DNA of 64,000 nucleotides. Origin: a virus. The position numbers and the translations under genes are program-made. How positions within the stretch are numbered: position 1 is the stretch's first letter; every line of letters starts with the position of its first letter. The stretch lies in IMG/VR virus record IMGVR_UViG_3300036770_007703, positions 21,289-85,288 of that record, one strand, 5' to 3'. The notes beneath the pieces were generated by a model, which was not told where the DNA came from, did not search any database, and saw only the letters and a list, made by a program, of their open reading frames with translations. Positions 20,849-31,331 of the stretch are shown here, piece after piece.

Positions 20849-23509
20849 TTGAGCTACATTGACGCTTTATACGACCGAGAACGCGATCGCATACATGTGG
20901 TAGGGCGACGGGATGGCGAACGCTATTACGAAGAGTTTCCGGCCAACTATGTGTTTTACTACGACGATCCGCGAGGCAAATTCCGCAGCATCTATGGCAA
21001 CCCAGTAAGCAGATTCAGCACACGCAACAACAAAGAGTTCCGCAAAGAATTGGCCATACAAAAAGGCAAACGCTGTTACGAAAGTGACATCAATCCGGTG
21101 TTCCGTTGCCTGGAAGAGAATTACAAAGGTGTCGATGCTCCCAGGCTGCACACAGCGTTCTTTGACATCGAAGTAGACTTTGATCCCGAGCGTGGGTTCT
21201 CGCGCCCCGAAGATCCCTTCAATCCCATCACTGCTATTTCGGTGTACATGGACTGGTTGGATCGACTGGTGACTTTGGTGATCCCACCTCGTTCCATGAG
21301 TCGTGAAACAGCTCAAGAGATCGCGGCCGAGTTCGAAGACACCTTCGTGTTCGAGCAGGAATCACAACTGCTGGATGCGTTCCTCAACATCATCGAAGAT
21401 GCCGATGTGTTGAGTGGTTGGAACTCCGAGGGTTATGACATACCTTACACCGTGCAACGCATCACACGGGTGCTGTCAAAAGATGACACGCGGAGATTTT
21501 GTCTCTGGCATCAATTGCCCAAACAGAGGACTTTCGAGCGCTTTGGTGCCGAAAACATCACGTTTGATCTCATAGGTCGTGTGCATCTCGACTACATGCA
21601 ACTGTACAGGAAATACACCTACGAAGAGCGACACAGCTACAGCCTGGATGCCATTGGTGAATACGAAGAGCTGGGGAGCAAGACTGCGTTCGAAGGCACC
21701 CTGGATCAGCTCTACAACCAAAACTGGAAGACATTCATCGAGTACAACCGGCAAGATGTCCGGCTCCTGGCCAACATCGACAAAAAACTCCGGTTCCTGG
21801 ATCTAGCCAACACGCTGGCACATGAAAACACTGTGCTCCTGCCCACCACCATGGGTGCGGTGGCTGTCACAGAGCAGGCCATCATCAATGAAGCACACGA
21901 ACGTGGCATGGTTGTGCCCAATCGTCGAGATCAACTGTCAGACGAAGAGACACAGGCCGCTGGCGCTTATGTGGCCTATCCCAAGAAAGGCATGCATGAC
22001 TGGGTGGGATCGATAGACATCAATAGTCTATATCCATCTACCATCCGGGCCCTGAACATGGGACCCGAGACCATCGTTGGTCAGCTTCGGCCCACGATGA
22101 CCGATCGTTACATACGCGAACGACAACAAGGTGGCATGAGCTTTGCGGCTGCTTGGGAAGGCCTGTTTGGAACGCTGGAGTACACGGCCGTGATGGAGCA
22201 ACAGCGAGGCACAGAGATCACCATCGACTGGGCACAGGGCGGGGATGATGTGCTCAGTGCCGCTGAAGTATGGCAACTGATATTTGACAGCAATCGACCC
22301 TGGATGCTTTCGGCCAATGGCACCATATTCACCTACGAGACTGAGGCAGTGATCCCTGGCTTGTTGAAACGCTGGTATGCAGAACGCAAAGAAATGCAAG
22401 CCAAACTCAAGGAGTCGACTACAAAAGAAGACGAGGAATACTGGGACAAAAGACAGCTGGTCAAGAAGATCAATCTAAATAGTCTGTATGGAGCTATCTT
22501 GAATCCCGGCTGTAGATTTTTTGACAAACGCATCGGTCAGAGCACCACGCTCACGGGCCGGGCCATCGCACAGCACATGGATGCCTATGTCAACGAGTGC
22601 ATCACCGGAAAGTATGATCACGTGGGCGAAACCATCATCTACGGTGACACAGACTCGTGTTACTTCTCGGCCTGGCCTGTGCTACGCAAAGAAGTGGAGG
22701 CCGGCCACATGCAGTGGAGCAAAGAGACCTGCATCCAGCTCTATGATGGCATCGCCGAACAAGTGAACCAGAGCTTCCCGGGATTCATGGAGCGTGCTTT
22801 CCATGTGCCGCGTGAGATGGGCAGTGTGATCCGAGGCGGTCGCGAAGTTGTGGCCAGCCGGGGCTTGTTCATCACCAAGAAGCGTTATGCTGTGATGATC
22901 ATTGACAAAGAAGGCAAACGCATCGATGTCAACGGTCGCCCCGGTAAAGTCAAGGCCATGGGTCTGGATCTCAAGCGCAGTGACACACCTCGTGTGATCC
23001 AGGACTTCCTCAGCGATCTCCTGGAACGTGTGCTAAATGGATCTCAGCGCGACGAGATCGTGGAAATCGTCAAGGAGTTCAAGTATGCGTTCAAAGAGCG
23101 TCCAGGCTGGGAGAAAGGTTCGCCCAAGCGTGCCAACAACATCACACAATATGCCAAGAAAGAAGAACGCGAAGGCCGAGCCAACATGCCGGGACATGTG
23201 CGTGCCAGCTTGAACTGGAATACCATGCGCCGAATGAACAGCGACAACTACTCGATGCAGATCGTGGATGGCATGAAAGTGATCGTGTGCAAGCTCAAGT
23301 CAAATGCCTTGGGCTGGACATCGATAGCTTATCCCACAGATGAACTGCATCTACCCACGTGGTTCAAAGAACTACCGTTTGATGACGGAGAGATGGAAGC
23401 CACCATCATTGACGGCAAGATCGATAACCTCTTGGGTGTGTTGGATTGGGATCTAGAATCTGCCACCAATACCGACAACACTTTCCAGACCTTGTTCGAA
23501 TTCCAATGA
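20849..23509 (+). CDS. family B DNA polymerase (T4 gp43-like)
   Basis: FDIEVD exo I, GWNSEGYDIPY exo II, DINSLYPS, KKINLNSLYG, YGDTDS, KKRYA; probable TTG start at 20849. Confidence 0.97.
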   Translation: MSYIDALYDRERDRIHVVGRRDGERYYEEFPANYVFYYDDPRGKFRSIYGNPVSRFSTRNNKEFRKELAIQKGKRCYESDINPVFRCLEENYKGVDAPRLHTAFFDIEVDFDPERGFSRPEDPFNPITAISVYMDWLDRLVTLVIPPRSMSRETAQEIAAEFEDTFVFEQESQLLDAFLNIIEDADVLSGWNSEGYDIPYTVQRITRVLSKDDTRRFCLWHQLPKQRTFERFGAENITFDLIGRVHLDYMQLYRKYTYEERHSYSLDAIGEYEELGSKTAFEGTLDQLYNQNWKTFIEYNRQDVRLLANIDKKLRFLDLANTLAHENTVLLPTTMGAVAVTEQAIINEAHERGMVVPNRRDQLSDEETQAAGAYVAYPKKGMHDWVGSIDINSLYPSTIRALNMGPETIVGQLRPTMTDRYIRERQQGGMSFAAAWEGLFGTLEYTAVMEQQRGTEITIDWAQGGDDVLSAAEVWQLIFDSNRPWMLSANGTIFTYETEAVIPGLLKRWYAERKEMQAKLKESTTKEDEEYWDKRQLVKKINLNSLYGAILNPGCRFFDKRIGQSTTLTGRAIAQHMDAYVNECITGKYDHVGETIIYGDTDSCYFSAWPVLRKEVEAGHMQWSKETCIQLYDGIAEQVNQSFPGFMERAFHVPREMGSVIRGGREVVASRGLFITKKRYAVMIIDKEGKRIDVNGRPGKVKAMGLDLKRSDTPRVIQDFLSDLLERVLNGSQRDEIVEIVKEFKYAFKERPGWEKGSPKRANNITQYAKKEEREGRANMPGHVRASLNWNTMRRMNSDNYSMQIVDGMKVIVCKLKSNALGWTSIAYPTDELHLPTWFKELPFDDGEMEATIIDGKIDNLLGVLDWDLESATNTDNTFQTLFEFQ

Positions 23510-24504
23510 AACTAAGCGAACTCATCAAATACCGAGAAAATCTCGCACAGCTAAGACCGCAAGATCCCGAGTCCACTATATCGTTGTCCTTGGATCCGGT
23601 GAGGCATCATATCATGACTCATGAACCGCGTTTTAAAAAGCTCGCAGCCGATCTCGAGCAATCGCGGATACGAGTCAGCGCAGGCATACAAGATTATCTC
23701 AACACGCTCAATGCCTATGATCACGAAGTCCAACGCCAGATCGATCAACTGCATGCCGAGTACATGGCCCGCAGTTATCGCATCTACGAACAAGAAATGA
23801 GCCGCGACGACGTGGACGTGATATTGAATCGCAAACTGGGTTACGAGCTGGAAAAACGCGAATACCTACGAGGTAGGATCGCGGCCCAGTGCGATTGGAA
23901 AAATCCCGGCATGATCTTGAGACCGGCACGCGAGCAGTGGATACTCAAACTGGTGGGCTTGGATCCGCTTTACATCGTGGATCAAAGCCATGATCTCTTG
24001 CGACCATCTATCACGCAGTTCACTCCCGAATATCAGCGTCGGTTGAGACCGTACATCATACGAGAAAGCGTGAGCGGCACCGTGGGACTGGATCTTCCCG
24101 ATCGGCAAATGGGCTATGCGCTGATCTACAATTTTTTCAACTACAAGCCCATGGAACTGATAAGAGCCTACATGGAATGCATCGACAAAAAAATGGCCAC
24201 GGGATCCATAGTTCATCTCACCATCAATGATTGTGACCGCAGTGGCGGTGCTTTGCTGGCCGAAAGTGGTTACATGTGTTACACGCCCGGTGGCATGGTC
24301 ATCAGCATGTTGGAAAGCATGGAGTACGATCTCATCAACAGTTTTCACATCGATGAGGCAGTGACCTGGCTTGAGTTCCGCAAGTCCGGTGAGAGGATCA
24401 GTTATCGAGGCGGACAGACTCTGGCTAAAATTATTGACAAAAGCAATCGTTTCTATTACAATGACGATGACGTAGATACATCAAACCCCAAGGAGATATT
24501 ATGA
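23506..24504 (+). CDS. hypothetical protein, degenerate methyltransferase-like C-terminus
   Basis: ATGA overlap with polymerase; YNFFNY...GSIVHLTINDC. Confidence 0.5.
   Translation: MKLSELIKYRENLAQLRPQDPESTISLSLDPVRHHIMTHEPRFKKLAADLEQSRIRVSAGIQDYLNTLNAYDHEVQRQIDQLHAEYMARSYRIYEQEMSRDDVDVILNRKLGYELEKREYLRGRIAAQCDWKNPGMILRPAREQWILKLVGLDPLYIVDQSHDLLRPSITQFTPEYQRRLRPYIIRESVSGTVGLDLPDRQMGYALIYNFFNYKPMELIRAYMECIDKKMATGSIVHLTINDCDRSGGALLAESGYMCYTPGGMVISMLESMEYDLINSFHIDEAVTWLEFRKSGERISYRGGQTLAKIIDKSNRFYYNDDDVDTSNPKEIL
24434..24462 (+). promoter_or_regulatory. sigma70-type promoter
   Basis: TTGACA-17 nt-TACAAT upstream of SD AAGGAG. Confidence 0.65.
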
Positions 24505-25232
24505 GAGATTACCTATTAGATTTAGTATCACACACCTACGATCTTGGCTGCATAGATCTTGTCAAGATCACTGGCACAGACCAAGAAACCGTGATCGATG
24601 GCTTGGCCGAAGATCGTTCAGTGGTGCTCAGTGCTCGGTTCTCGGGACCTGTGGCCGACTTCATTGGCACGTTTGGCATGCCAAATCTCGCCAAGCTCAA
24701 GATCCTGCTGAATCTACAAGAATATCGCGAGGATGCTGACATCACTGTCAAGCGACAGGACCGCAACGGACAAGAAGTTCCTGTGGGACTGCACTTCAAG
24801 AACGCAGCCGGTGATTTCAAGAACGATTATAGATTCATGACTTCGGAGATCGTGGCCGAGAAACTCAAGACCGTGAAGTTTCGCGGTGTGAACTGGAACA
24901 TCGAGTTCGAGCCCACAGTGGCAGGCATCCAGCGTCTCAAGATGCAGGCCCAAGCCAACAGCGAAGAGCCCATGTTCCAGGTCAAAGTAGACAACGGAAA
25001 CTTGTTGTTCCAGTTCGGTGATCATAGCACACACGCCGGTGAGTTCATCTTCCATGCCGGTATCACTGGAGATCTCAAACGCACCTGGAGCTATCCGGTC
25101 AAACAAGTGATCTCGATCCTGGATCTCGTGGGCGACAAAGTGGTTCGCATCAGCGACGACGGAGCTGCTGAGATCACTGTGGACTCGGGCATGGCCCAGT
25201 ATCGTTACATCCTACCAGCTCAAGTCAAGTGA
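24501..25232 (+). CDS. DNA polymerase sliding clamp (gp45/PCNA-like)
   Basis: 243 aa, alternating alpha/beta, FGMPNLAKL, C-terminal YRYILPAQ; near polB. Confidence 0.65.
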   Translation: MRDYLLDLVSHTYDLGCIDLVKITGTDQETVIDGLAEDRSVVLSARFSGPVADFIGTFGMPNLAKLKILLNLQEYREDADITVKRQDRNGQEVPVGLHFKNAAGDFKNDYRFMTSEIVAEKLKTVKFRGVNWNIEFEPTVAGIQRLKMQAQANSEEPMFQVKVDNGNLLFQFGDHSTHAGEFIFHAGITGDLKRTWSYPVKQVISILDLVGDKVVRISDDGAAEITVDSGMAQYRYILPAQVK

Positions 25233-26755
25233 CCGAACAATACGACCTCACTGGCCGACAACAGGATTATGCTGTGTTTTTGCCGGCCATATCCAGCTTT
25301 TATGCCACTTACATAGGCAAGCAACGCTACGACAACAATTTTGTTCCAGCTTCGCGCATGCCCGCTGGCATTCCTGACATGGAACAACTGAACTGGTTGA
25401 ATGCCCAGAAATCGTTGTTTCCCTATCGTTGGAGCCTGTACTCAGCGGGCCATGCCAACTTGGACGTATCAAAGTTGGTGCCCAAAGAAGACATGGTCAG
25501 GAACCGTGACCCCAACACCGTGATGTTGTGCGACTCAGGTGGATTTCAGATCGCCAAAGGTGTGTGGCCAGGACGCTGGGCCGATCCACGAGATCAGGCC
25601 GCAGAACGAAAACGCAGAGAAGTCCTGGAGTGGCAATGTAGTATCGCCACTTATGGCATGACCATGGACATTCCCACCTGGACCTATCGCAATCCCGAAT
25701 GGGCTGCGTTGGCTGGAATTTCCAGCTACGATGATGCTGTCACAGCCACCAAAAACAACAACGACTTCTGGATCGCCAATCGCCACGGTGATACCAAGAT
25801 ACTCAATGTGTTGCAGGGCGGTAACCATGCCGAAGCCGACCACTGGTACGACATCATGAAAGTGTATTCGGATCCCAAGCACTACCCAGAACGACACTTC
25901 AACGGCTGGGGCATGGGCGGACAAAACATGTGTGACGTGCATCTCGTTCTCAAACGTCTGGTGCATCTCATACACGATGGCTTGCTGGAAAAAGGTGCCC
26001 ATGATTGGATGCACTTCTTGGGAACATCAAAACTGGAGTGGGCCGTGTTGCTCACTGACATCCAGCGCGCCATTCGCAAGTATCACAACAGCAACTTCAC
26101 CATCAGTTTCGATTGCGCTTCACCGTTCTTGGCCATCGCCAATGGTCAACTCTATCACGAGATCGTTACCGGAAATCGGGAAAAGTGGAGCTATCGCATG
26201 GAGCCCACGGCCGACAACAAAAAGTATGCCACAGACAATCGTCTGTTCCGAGACGCAGTGATACAGGACAGCATACATTCTGTTTTTGAGGACAGTCCGG
26301 TGAGCTCGCGTCTCAAGATTTCCGATGTGTGCGTGTACCGTCCTGGCGACGTCAACAAAGTGGGAAAAGAAGGCAAGACGTCATGGGACAGCTTCAGCTA
26401 TGCTCTTCTCATGGCGCACAATGCCTGGATGCACATTGAAGCGGTACAGCGAGCCAATCGACTCTATGATCAAGGCATCGTACCAGACATGATGGCACAC
26501 CCCACCGACAATGCTTTTGATGCCCGGACCGTGATAGACAAAGTGTTTGCCGCTCGTGATCGCCAAAAGAGCTTGCGCATAATCGATGAACATGCTAAAG
26601 TTTGGGAACGGGTGATTGGTACTCGTGGATTCACCGGAAAACGAGCTGTCAATGCCCATACCATGTTCAACAGTCTTTTTGATGTGACAGAAGAAGTCGA
26701 ACCCGACAACGAATTTGACCAAACCTGTCTTGACCGACTCGAGGAAAGTGTATAA
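25229..26755 (+). CDS. dpdA: TGT-fold guanine transglycosylase (DpdA-like)
   Basis: CDSGGFQ, MTMDIP, LNVLQG, GWGMGG, WMHFLG, ISFDCASP; lacks bacterial tRNA-TGT N-terminal motifs; clustered with folE/queD/queE. Confidence 0.75.
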   Translation: MTEQYDLTGRQQDYAVFLPAISSFYATYIGKQRYDNNFVPASRMPAGIPDMEQLNWLNAQKSLFPYRWSLYSAGHANLDVSKLVPKEDMVRNRDPNTVMLCDSGGFQIAKGVWPGRWADPRDQAAERKRREVLEWQCSIATYGMTMDIPTWTYRNPEWAALAGISSYDDAVTATKNNNDFWIANRHGDTKILNVLQGGNHAEADHWYDIMKVYSDPKHYPERHFNGWGMGGQNMCDVHLVLKRLVHLIHDGLLEKGAHDWMHFLGTSKLEWAVLLTDIQRAIRKYHNSNFTISFDCASPFLAIANGQLYHEIVTGNREKWSYRMEPTADNKKYATDNRLFRDAVIQDSIHSVFEDSPVSSRLKISDVCVYRPGDVNKVGKEGKTSWDSFSYALLMAHNAWMHIEAVQRANRLYDQGIVPDMMAHPTDNAFDARTVIDKVFAARDRQKSLRIIDEHAKVWERVIGTRGFTGKRAVNAHTMFNSLFDVTEEVEPDNEFDQTCLDRLEESV

Positions 26756-26964
26756 TGTACGAAAATCGTATCCGGCACCTAGAAGAAATGCACCAGAATC
26801 TCAACAAGCGCATCGATGGTTTGGAAAAAACCGGTGTTTTCGAAGACAAGAATCTGCTCGAACTCAAGAAACAAAAATTGGCCATACGTGATGAATTGAG
26901 CCGATTGCAGAAACTGCAATGGGAGCATAATCACGAAAGCGTGAACTTGGAGGAAGATCGATGA
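26755..26964 (+). CDS. DUF465/YdcH-like coiled-coil protein
   Basis: HQNLNKRI...LKKQKLAIRDEL. Confidence 0.6.
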   Translation: MYENRIRHLEEMHQNLNKRIDGLEKTGVFEDKNLLELKKQKLAIRDELSRLQKLQWEHNHESVNLEEDR

Positions 26965-27485
26965 ACCGACCCGGGCACAAAGACACCGAGTTTTTCTGGG
27001 GCGACGAAGTAGAGCATACTCCGGTTCATGGTGAACCTACCTTGTTCGTGGTAGGATATCAGACCCAAGAAGCCATTGACTCTGCATTGCGTGACGCCAA
27101 CTTTGCCAACATTCCCGGAACAATCCGACACATCTTTTTTGGTGCCAACGACAGCTATCGTCCACGCACCGCAGATGATTTCACAGCCTGGGAGAACGTG
27201 ATCATGACTTATCTGGATCGTGGATTCTGGTGCAGTCTGGACGTTCCGTTCCAGTATGTGGAAGAGTTCCACGAAGGTGGCTTGTGCGAGCGTGATCGAT
27301 TCATCCCCATCATCAAGGTTCCCGTTCCTTACATCCGGCTCTGGAACTACAACACCTGTGTCAAGATCGATGATAGAGATTTCGCAGCCAGCAATCCCGG
27401 TGTGTGGGTACATCAGCTACATGACCTCTTGCCACGTGACCGTTTCACGTCATGGGCCGACTACGACAAGGACCGCACTGTATGA
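26961..27485 (+). CDS. hypothetical protein in deazaguanine cluster
   Basis: ORF track; SD GGAGG; ATGA overlap. Confidence 0.7.
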   Translation: MNRPGHKDTEFFWGDEVEHTPVHGEPTLFVVGYQTQEAIDSALRDANFANIPGTIRHIFFGANDSYRPRTADDFTAWENVIMTYLDRGFWCSLDVPFQYVEEFHEGGLCERDRFIPIIKVPVPYIRLWNYNTCVKIDDRDFAASNPGVWVHQLHDLLPRDRFTSWADYDKDRTV

Positions 27486-27796
27486 AATGGTTTGACCGAT
27501 GGTTTGTCCGCAAATGCAAATGGGCCTGGGACAATCGAGATATCGCCGATGTGGCAGAGACATCGCGTCTCAATTCGGCGAAATATGCCACAGCAATAGA
27601 AGAGGATTCGACACCATGGAACGATGGTCTCCGCATCAATATAAAAAAGATGATCGGCGGGTTTGTTGTTAGTTTCCGTGTGTATGATCGAAAAACAGAT
27701 CGCACAGATGACCGTGCTTACATCATCACCGACGAGCAGGATTTCAACACCGAACTGGGCAAGATTATAACCATGGAATCAATGAGGCAGACATGA
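27482..27796 (+). CDS. hypothetical protein
   Basis: ATGA overlaps on both sides. Confidence 0.65.
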   Translation: MKWFDRWFVRKCKWAWDNRDIADVAETSRLNSAKYATAIEEDSTPWNDGLRINIKKMIGGFVVSFRVYDRKTDRTDDRAYIITDEQDFNTELGKIITMESMRQT

Positions 27797-28233
27797 ATCA
27801 AGACGAAAGAGCCACAGCAGAACGCATCAAAGACCGAGCACGGCGCATGATCTGGGTCACTTTCCGCAAGGAAGGCATCCATCGTTATCCGGCAGCGGCC
27901 ACAGATCCCCGACTGTGTGCCGCCGGCGAGTATGATGTCAGTTTCCTGGCCAATGCACACAGACACATCTTTCACTTCCGGGTGGGCATCCAGGTGTTCC
28001 ACAATGATCGGGACATCGAGTTTATCCAGTTCAAACGCTGGCTGGAAAATCTCTATAACAAAGGCACCTTGGAGTTAGACTTCAAAAGTTGCGAGATGAT
28101 TTCTGACGACTTATATATACACATAGCAGATCGATATCCCGGACGCGACGTGTACATCGAAGTGGCAGAAGACGGCGAGAACGGTTGTGAGATCCGCTAC
28201 GAAACCCATCAACCACAAACCATTTCAGTCTAA
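27793..28233 (+). CDS. QueD-paralogue T-fold enzyme (DpdL-like candidate CDG decarboxylase)
   Basis: EGIH, LANAHRHIF (LxxxHRHxF), RDIEFI, SCEM, EDGENG. Confidence 0.65.
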   Translation: MNQDERATAERIKDRARRMIWVTFRKEGIHRYPAAATDPRLCAAGEYDVSFLANAHRHIFHFRVGIQVFHNDRDIEFIQFKRWLENLYNKGTLELDFKSCEMISDDLYIHIADRYPGRDVYIEVAEDGENGCEIRYETHQPQTISV

Positions 28234-28245
28234 CAAGGAGTAATC

Positions 28246-28458
28246 ATGGGCCGGCCCCAGATCAAATCCAATCCACGAACCCAGTCCACTTTTGAGGATC
28301 TGGAAAACTTTCTGGACTTTTGTCGCAACTATGGATACAAGTTCCATGAAGGTGATCTCTACAACTGGAAGAGCTACGCCTTCCAGCAATTCAACAAATT
28401 CCAACAAGGCAAGCCCGCCAAAGACATGTGGGCCATCGACGCACGCCGCGCAGGGTAG
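28246..28458 (+). CDS. hypothetical protein
   Basis: SD AAGGAG. Confidence 0.65.
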   Translation: MGRPQIKSNPRTQSTFEDLENFLDFCRNYGYKFHEGDLYNWKSYAFQQFNKFQQGKPAKDMWAIDARRAG

Positions 28459-28459
28459 C

Positions 28460-29149
28460 ATGGACTTTGATCGAGTCGGTCCAAAGTCTCGCGAACTGTG
28501 GCAACGTGTTTTTGATGGCAAGTCCGTCTTAGACATTGCCAGTCACACCGGGCGCACCAGTCAAGACATATTAGATTTTGGTGCGCGACGAGTCGTGGGA
28601 CTAGAGCCCAGACCCGACATGGTGATAGAAGCCCGCAGACAGAGATCCGATCCAAGGATAGAGTTCATCTGCGGTGATGCCACCGATGCCAGGATCATGC
28701 CGGCTTTGCTCGCCGAGGTAGACACAGTGGCCTGCCTGGGTGTACTATATCACATGCATGATCACTTCAACTTCTTCAAGTCGGTATGCGTGAGTCCGGT
28801 GCGATATCTCGTGATCGAGACCTTGTTTGGACTCGAAAGTCCCAATCCCACCATGCTATGCAACGTGGAATCGTCGCAGGAACAGGACCGAACATGTGGC
28901 ATCAACGTGGGATTTGATCGTGTCATGGTGGGCGCTCCCAACTTGGCCTGGATACATTCGGTGTTGGAGATATTTGGGTGGCACATCACATGGTTCAGCA
29001 CCTACATCAGCCACTTGCCCGATGACCGGATGTTGATCGTGGCCGAGAACAGCAGATACAGTGCTGGGACGCTGTTGCCCGGAGATCTCTGGCAGTGGCA
29101 TGTTGAACCCGGTCACACAGTTGGTAGCAAGCATTTCAGTTTATATTAA
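28460..29149 (+). CDS. class I SAM methyltransferase
   Basis: VLDIASHTG, GLEPR, CLGVLYH. Confidence 0.75.
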   Translation: MDFDRVGPKSRELWQRVFDGKSVLDIASHTGRTSQDILDFGARRVVGLEPRPDMVIEARRQRSDPRIEFICGDATDARIMPALLAEVDTVACLGVLYHMHDHFNFFKSVCVSPVRYLVIETLFGLESPNPTMLCNVESSQEQDRTCGINVGFDRVMVGAPNLAWIHSVLEIFGWHITWFSTYISHLPDDRMLIVAENSRYSAGTLLPGDLWQWHVEPGHTVGSKHFSLY

Positions 29150-29158
29150 CAAGGACGC

Positions 29159-30379
29159 ATGATGAGAAAACTTTTTTACATGGGGCTGGAAAGTTATGAG
29201 GCCCGTTATACCCTGCAACTCACAGAGTGGAACCGCCGTGTGTTTGAACGACGCGGTATCGATGTTGTGTATGTGCCCGGCAGCACCATCGATGACACCC
29301 AGAGTATCTCTGTGGGACAGGTCTTGGATGCACATGGTCGCAGTTATTTCTCAATGAGCCAGATGATGAATCTGGTACAATGGATGCGCAACGGAGAGGT
29401 CACCAATGAAGATGTTATCTACTTTGAAGACATGTTTCAGCCCGGTATCGAGAGCTTACCTTATATTCTTGATCAAGTGCCTGAGTCTCAGCGTCCTCGC
29501 ATTTTTGTCCGTTGTCTTGCTCAAGCCATTGATCCTGATGACTTCGTTCATGTCTGGGGCATGGCAGGCTGGATGTCAACGTATGAAAAGATGGTGAATC
29601 AGATCCCCGGCGTCACTGTGTTGGCCACCAACGAAGAGATGGTTGCTCACATGCGTATCGCGGGCTGGACTGCTCCCATCTACAATATCTCGGGCCTGGC
29701 GTTTGGCAAGGCGGAAGTGCTGGAACGCATTGGTGGTGCTGATTACATAAAACCATTCGCAAACAGAACCATGCGTGTAGGGTTTGCTGCCAGATTTGAT
29801 CAGGAGAAACAGCCCGACTTTTATATGGACTTGATCGAGATGTATCTTGCGCAAGGTCGTCACAAGCACGTTGAGTTCGCTGTGTTTTCGGGTGGACCCT
29901 TGCGTAGCAATAATCCTCGATACCTCGAACGTGCTCGGGACATGCAAGCCCAAGGCAAGTTAAAAATCTATGACGGGCTGAAGAAAAATGATTATTACCA
30001 TCTCCTCAATGATACTCGCGTGTTGTTCAATTGCGCCCTCCAAGATTGGGTCAGCAACACTGTTAGCGAAGCCGACACCTTGGGTTGTAATGTGCTGTAT
30101 CCTGCATATCGCAGTTTCCCCGAGACCTTTGCCAACGACCCCCAGCGCTTGTATGTGCCTTGGAGCATAGATGATGCCTTCCACAAGTTGGAGAATCTCT
30201 TGGCAGAGCCACATCACAACATGGGCTTGATCTCGGCATGGACCAATGGCACAGTGGATCGTTGTCTAGACATCATGCTGGGCCAAGGCGAAGAATGGCG
30301 CAGAGACGGTGCTCGTTATCGAGATCATGTGAACACAGCCAAGTATGCTGTGCGGAAAGTCGAGGATCAAAATGTCTGA
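29159..30379 (+). CDS. GT-B (GT4-like) glycosyltransferase
   Basis: FAARFDQEKQP, QDWVSNTVSEA (ExxxxxxxE-like), LYPAYRSFPE. Confidence 0.75.
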   Translation: MMRKLFYMGLESYEARYTLQLTEWNRRVFERRGIDVVYVPGSTIDDTQSISVGQVLDAHGRSYFSMSQMMNLVQWMRNGEVTNEDVIYFEDMFQPGIESLPYILDQVPESQRPRIFVRCLAQAIDPDDFVHVWGMAGWMSTYEKMVNQIPGVTVLATNEEMVAHMRIAGWTAPIYNISGLAFGKAEVLERIGGADYIKPFANRTMRVGFAARFDQEKQPDFYMDLIEMYLAQGRHKHVEFAVFSGGPLRSNNPRYLERARDMQAQGKLKIYDGLKKNDYYHLLNDTRVLFNCALQDWVSNTVSEADTLGCNVLYPAYRSFPETFANDPQRLYVPWSIDDAFHKLENLLAEPHHNMGLISAWTNGTVDRCLDIMLGQGEEWRRDGARYRDHVNTAKYAVRKVEDQNV

Positions 30380-31331
30380 ACGTGTGGTAGTTACCGGTAG
30401 TTCGGGTTATATCGGAGGCCAGACCACGATACGCCTCAAGGAACTGGGGTATCATGTGATCGGTATCGATGTGCAATCGTGTCCGCAAAGGTTGCGCAGT
30501 TATCAGGATCGTTCCTTTCAAGAAGACTACGCCAGTCGATTCGCCTTGGACTTGATCGCAGACTCGCAGCCCTTGGCCATCATCCATTGTGCTGGCACCA
30601 GTTTGGTGGGTCCCAGCCTCTTGGACCCAGAAAGATACTACAACAACAACTTCGTGAAAACCAAGCGTTTGATGGATCATGTGCGGGTGCGTGTTCCAAA
30701 AACACGCATGGTGTTTTCGAGCTCGGCTGCGGTGTACGGGGAACCAGTGATGACTCCATGTCACGAAGTTGATCCCACTCTCCCGATATCGCCTTATGGC
30801 GAAAGCAAACTCATGATCGAAATGCTGCTACAGGCCTATCAACGTGCGTATGGAACCGATTTCGTGGCACTGAGATATTTCAATGCCGCCGGCGCTGACC
30901 CCAAGGGACGTCATGGACAAAATCCAGCAGCCACACATCTCGTGGCTCGTGTGTTAGAGGCCAGCTTGAATCAATCCATGTTCACGCTCAACGGCAACGA
31001 TTACCCCACACCTGATGGAACCTGCATCCGAGATTACATACACGTGGACGATCTCGCCGATGCACATGTGCGTGCCATGCTGCCAGAAACTGCGCCCGGG
31101 ATTTACAATCTTGGCACCAATTCAGGACACAGCAATCTAGAAGTGATCGACACTGCCCGGAAAATCACTGGCATCGAACTGACCGTGGCACAAGGCCCCG
31201 CACGGGTGGGGGATCCAGCACAGCTCACTGCGAACTCAGAAAAGTTTCGTTTGGCCACCGATTGGAAGCCCAAGTGGACGCTCGAGGACATCATTGCACA
31301 TGCCTGGAGATGGTATCGCGATGGCGTTTGA
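30372..31331 (+). CDS. galE: UDP-glucose 4-epimerase
   Basis: TGSSGYIG, SSSAAVYG, YGESK, LRYFNAAGA, DGTCIRDYIHV. Confidence 0.9.
   Translation: MSERVVVTGSSGYIGGQTTIRLKELGYHVIGIDVQSCPQRLRSYQDRSFQEDYASRFALDLIADSQPLAIIHCAGTSLVGPSLLDPERYYNNNFVKTKRLMDHVRVRVPKTRMVFSSSAAVYGEPVMTPCHEVDPTLPISPYGESKLMIEMLLQAYQRAYGTDFVALRYFNAAGADPKGRHGQNPAATHLVARVLEASLNQSMFTLNGNDYPTPDGTCIRDYIHVDDLADAHVRAMLPETAPGIYNLGTNSGHSNLEVIDTARKITGIELTVAQGPARVGDPAQLTANSEKFRLATDWKPKWTLEDIIAHAWRWYRDGV

Noticed and set aside
20849-23509. Intein or intron in the DNA polymerase
   Set aside because: Normal length with contiguous motifs, including YGDTDS.
26730-26756. sigma70 promoter TTGACC...TATAAT
   Set aside because: The spacer is only 15 nt and the -10 coincides with a TAATG stop/start junction.
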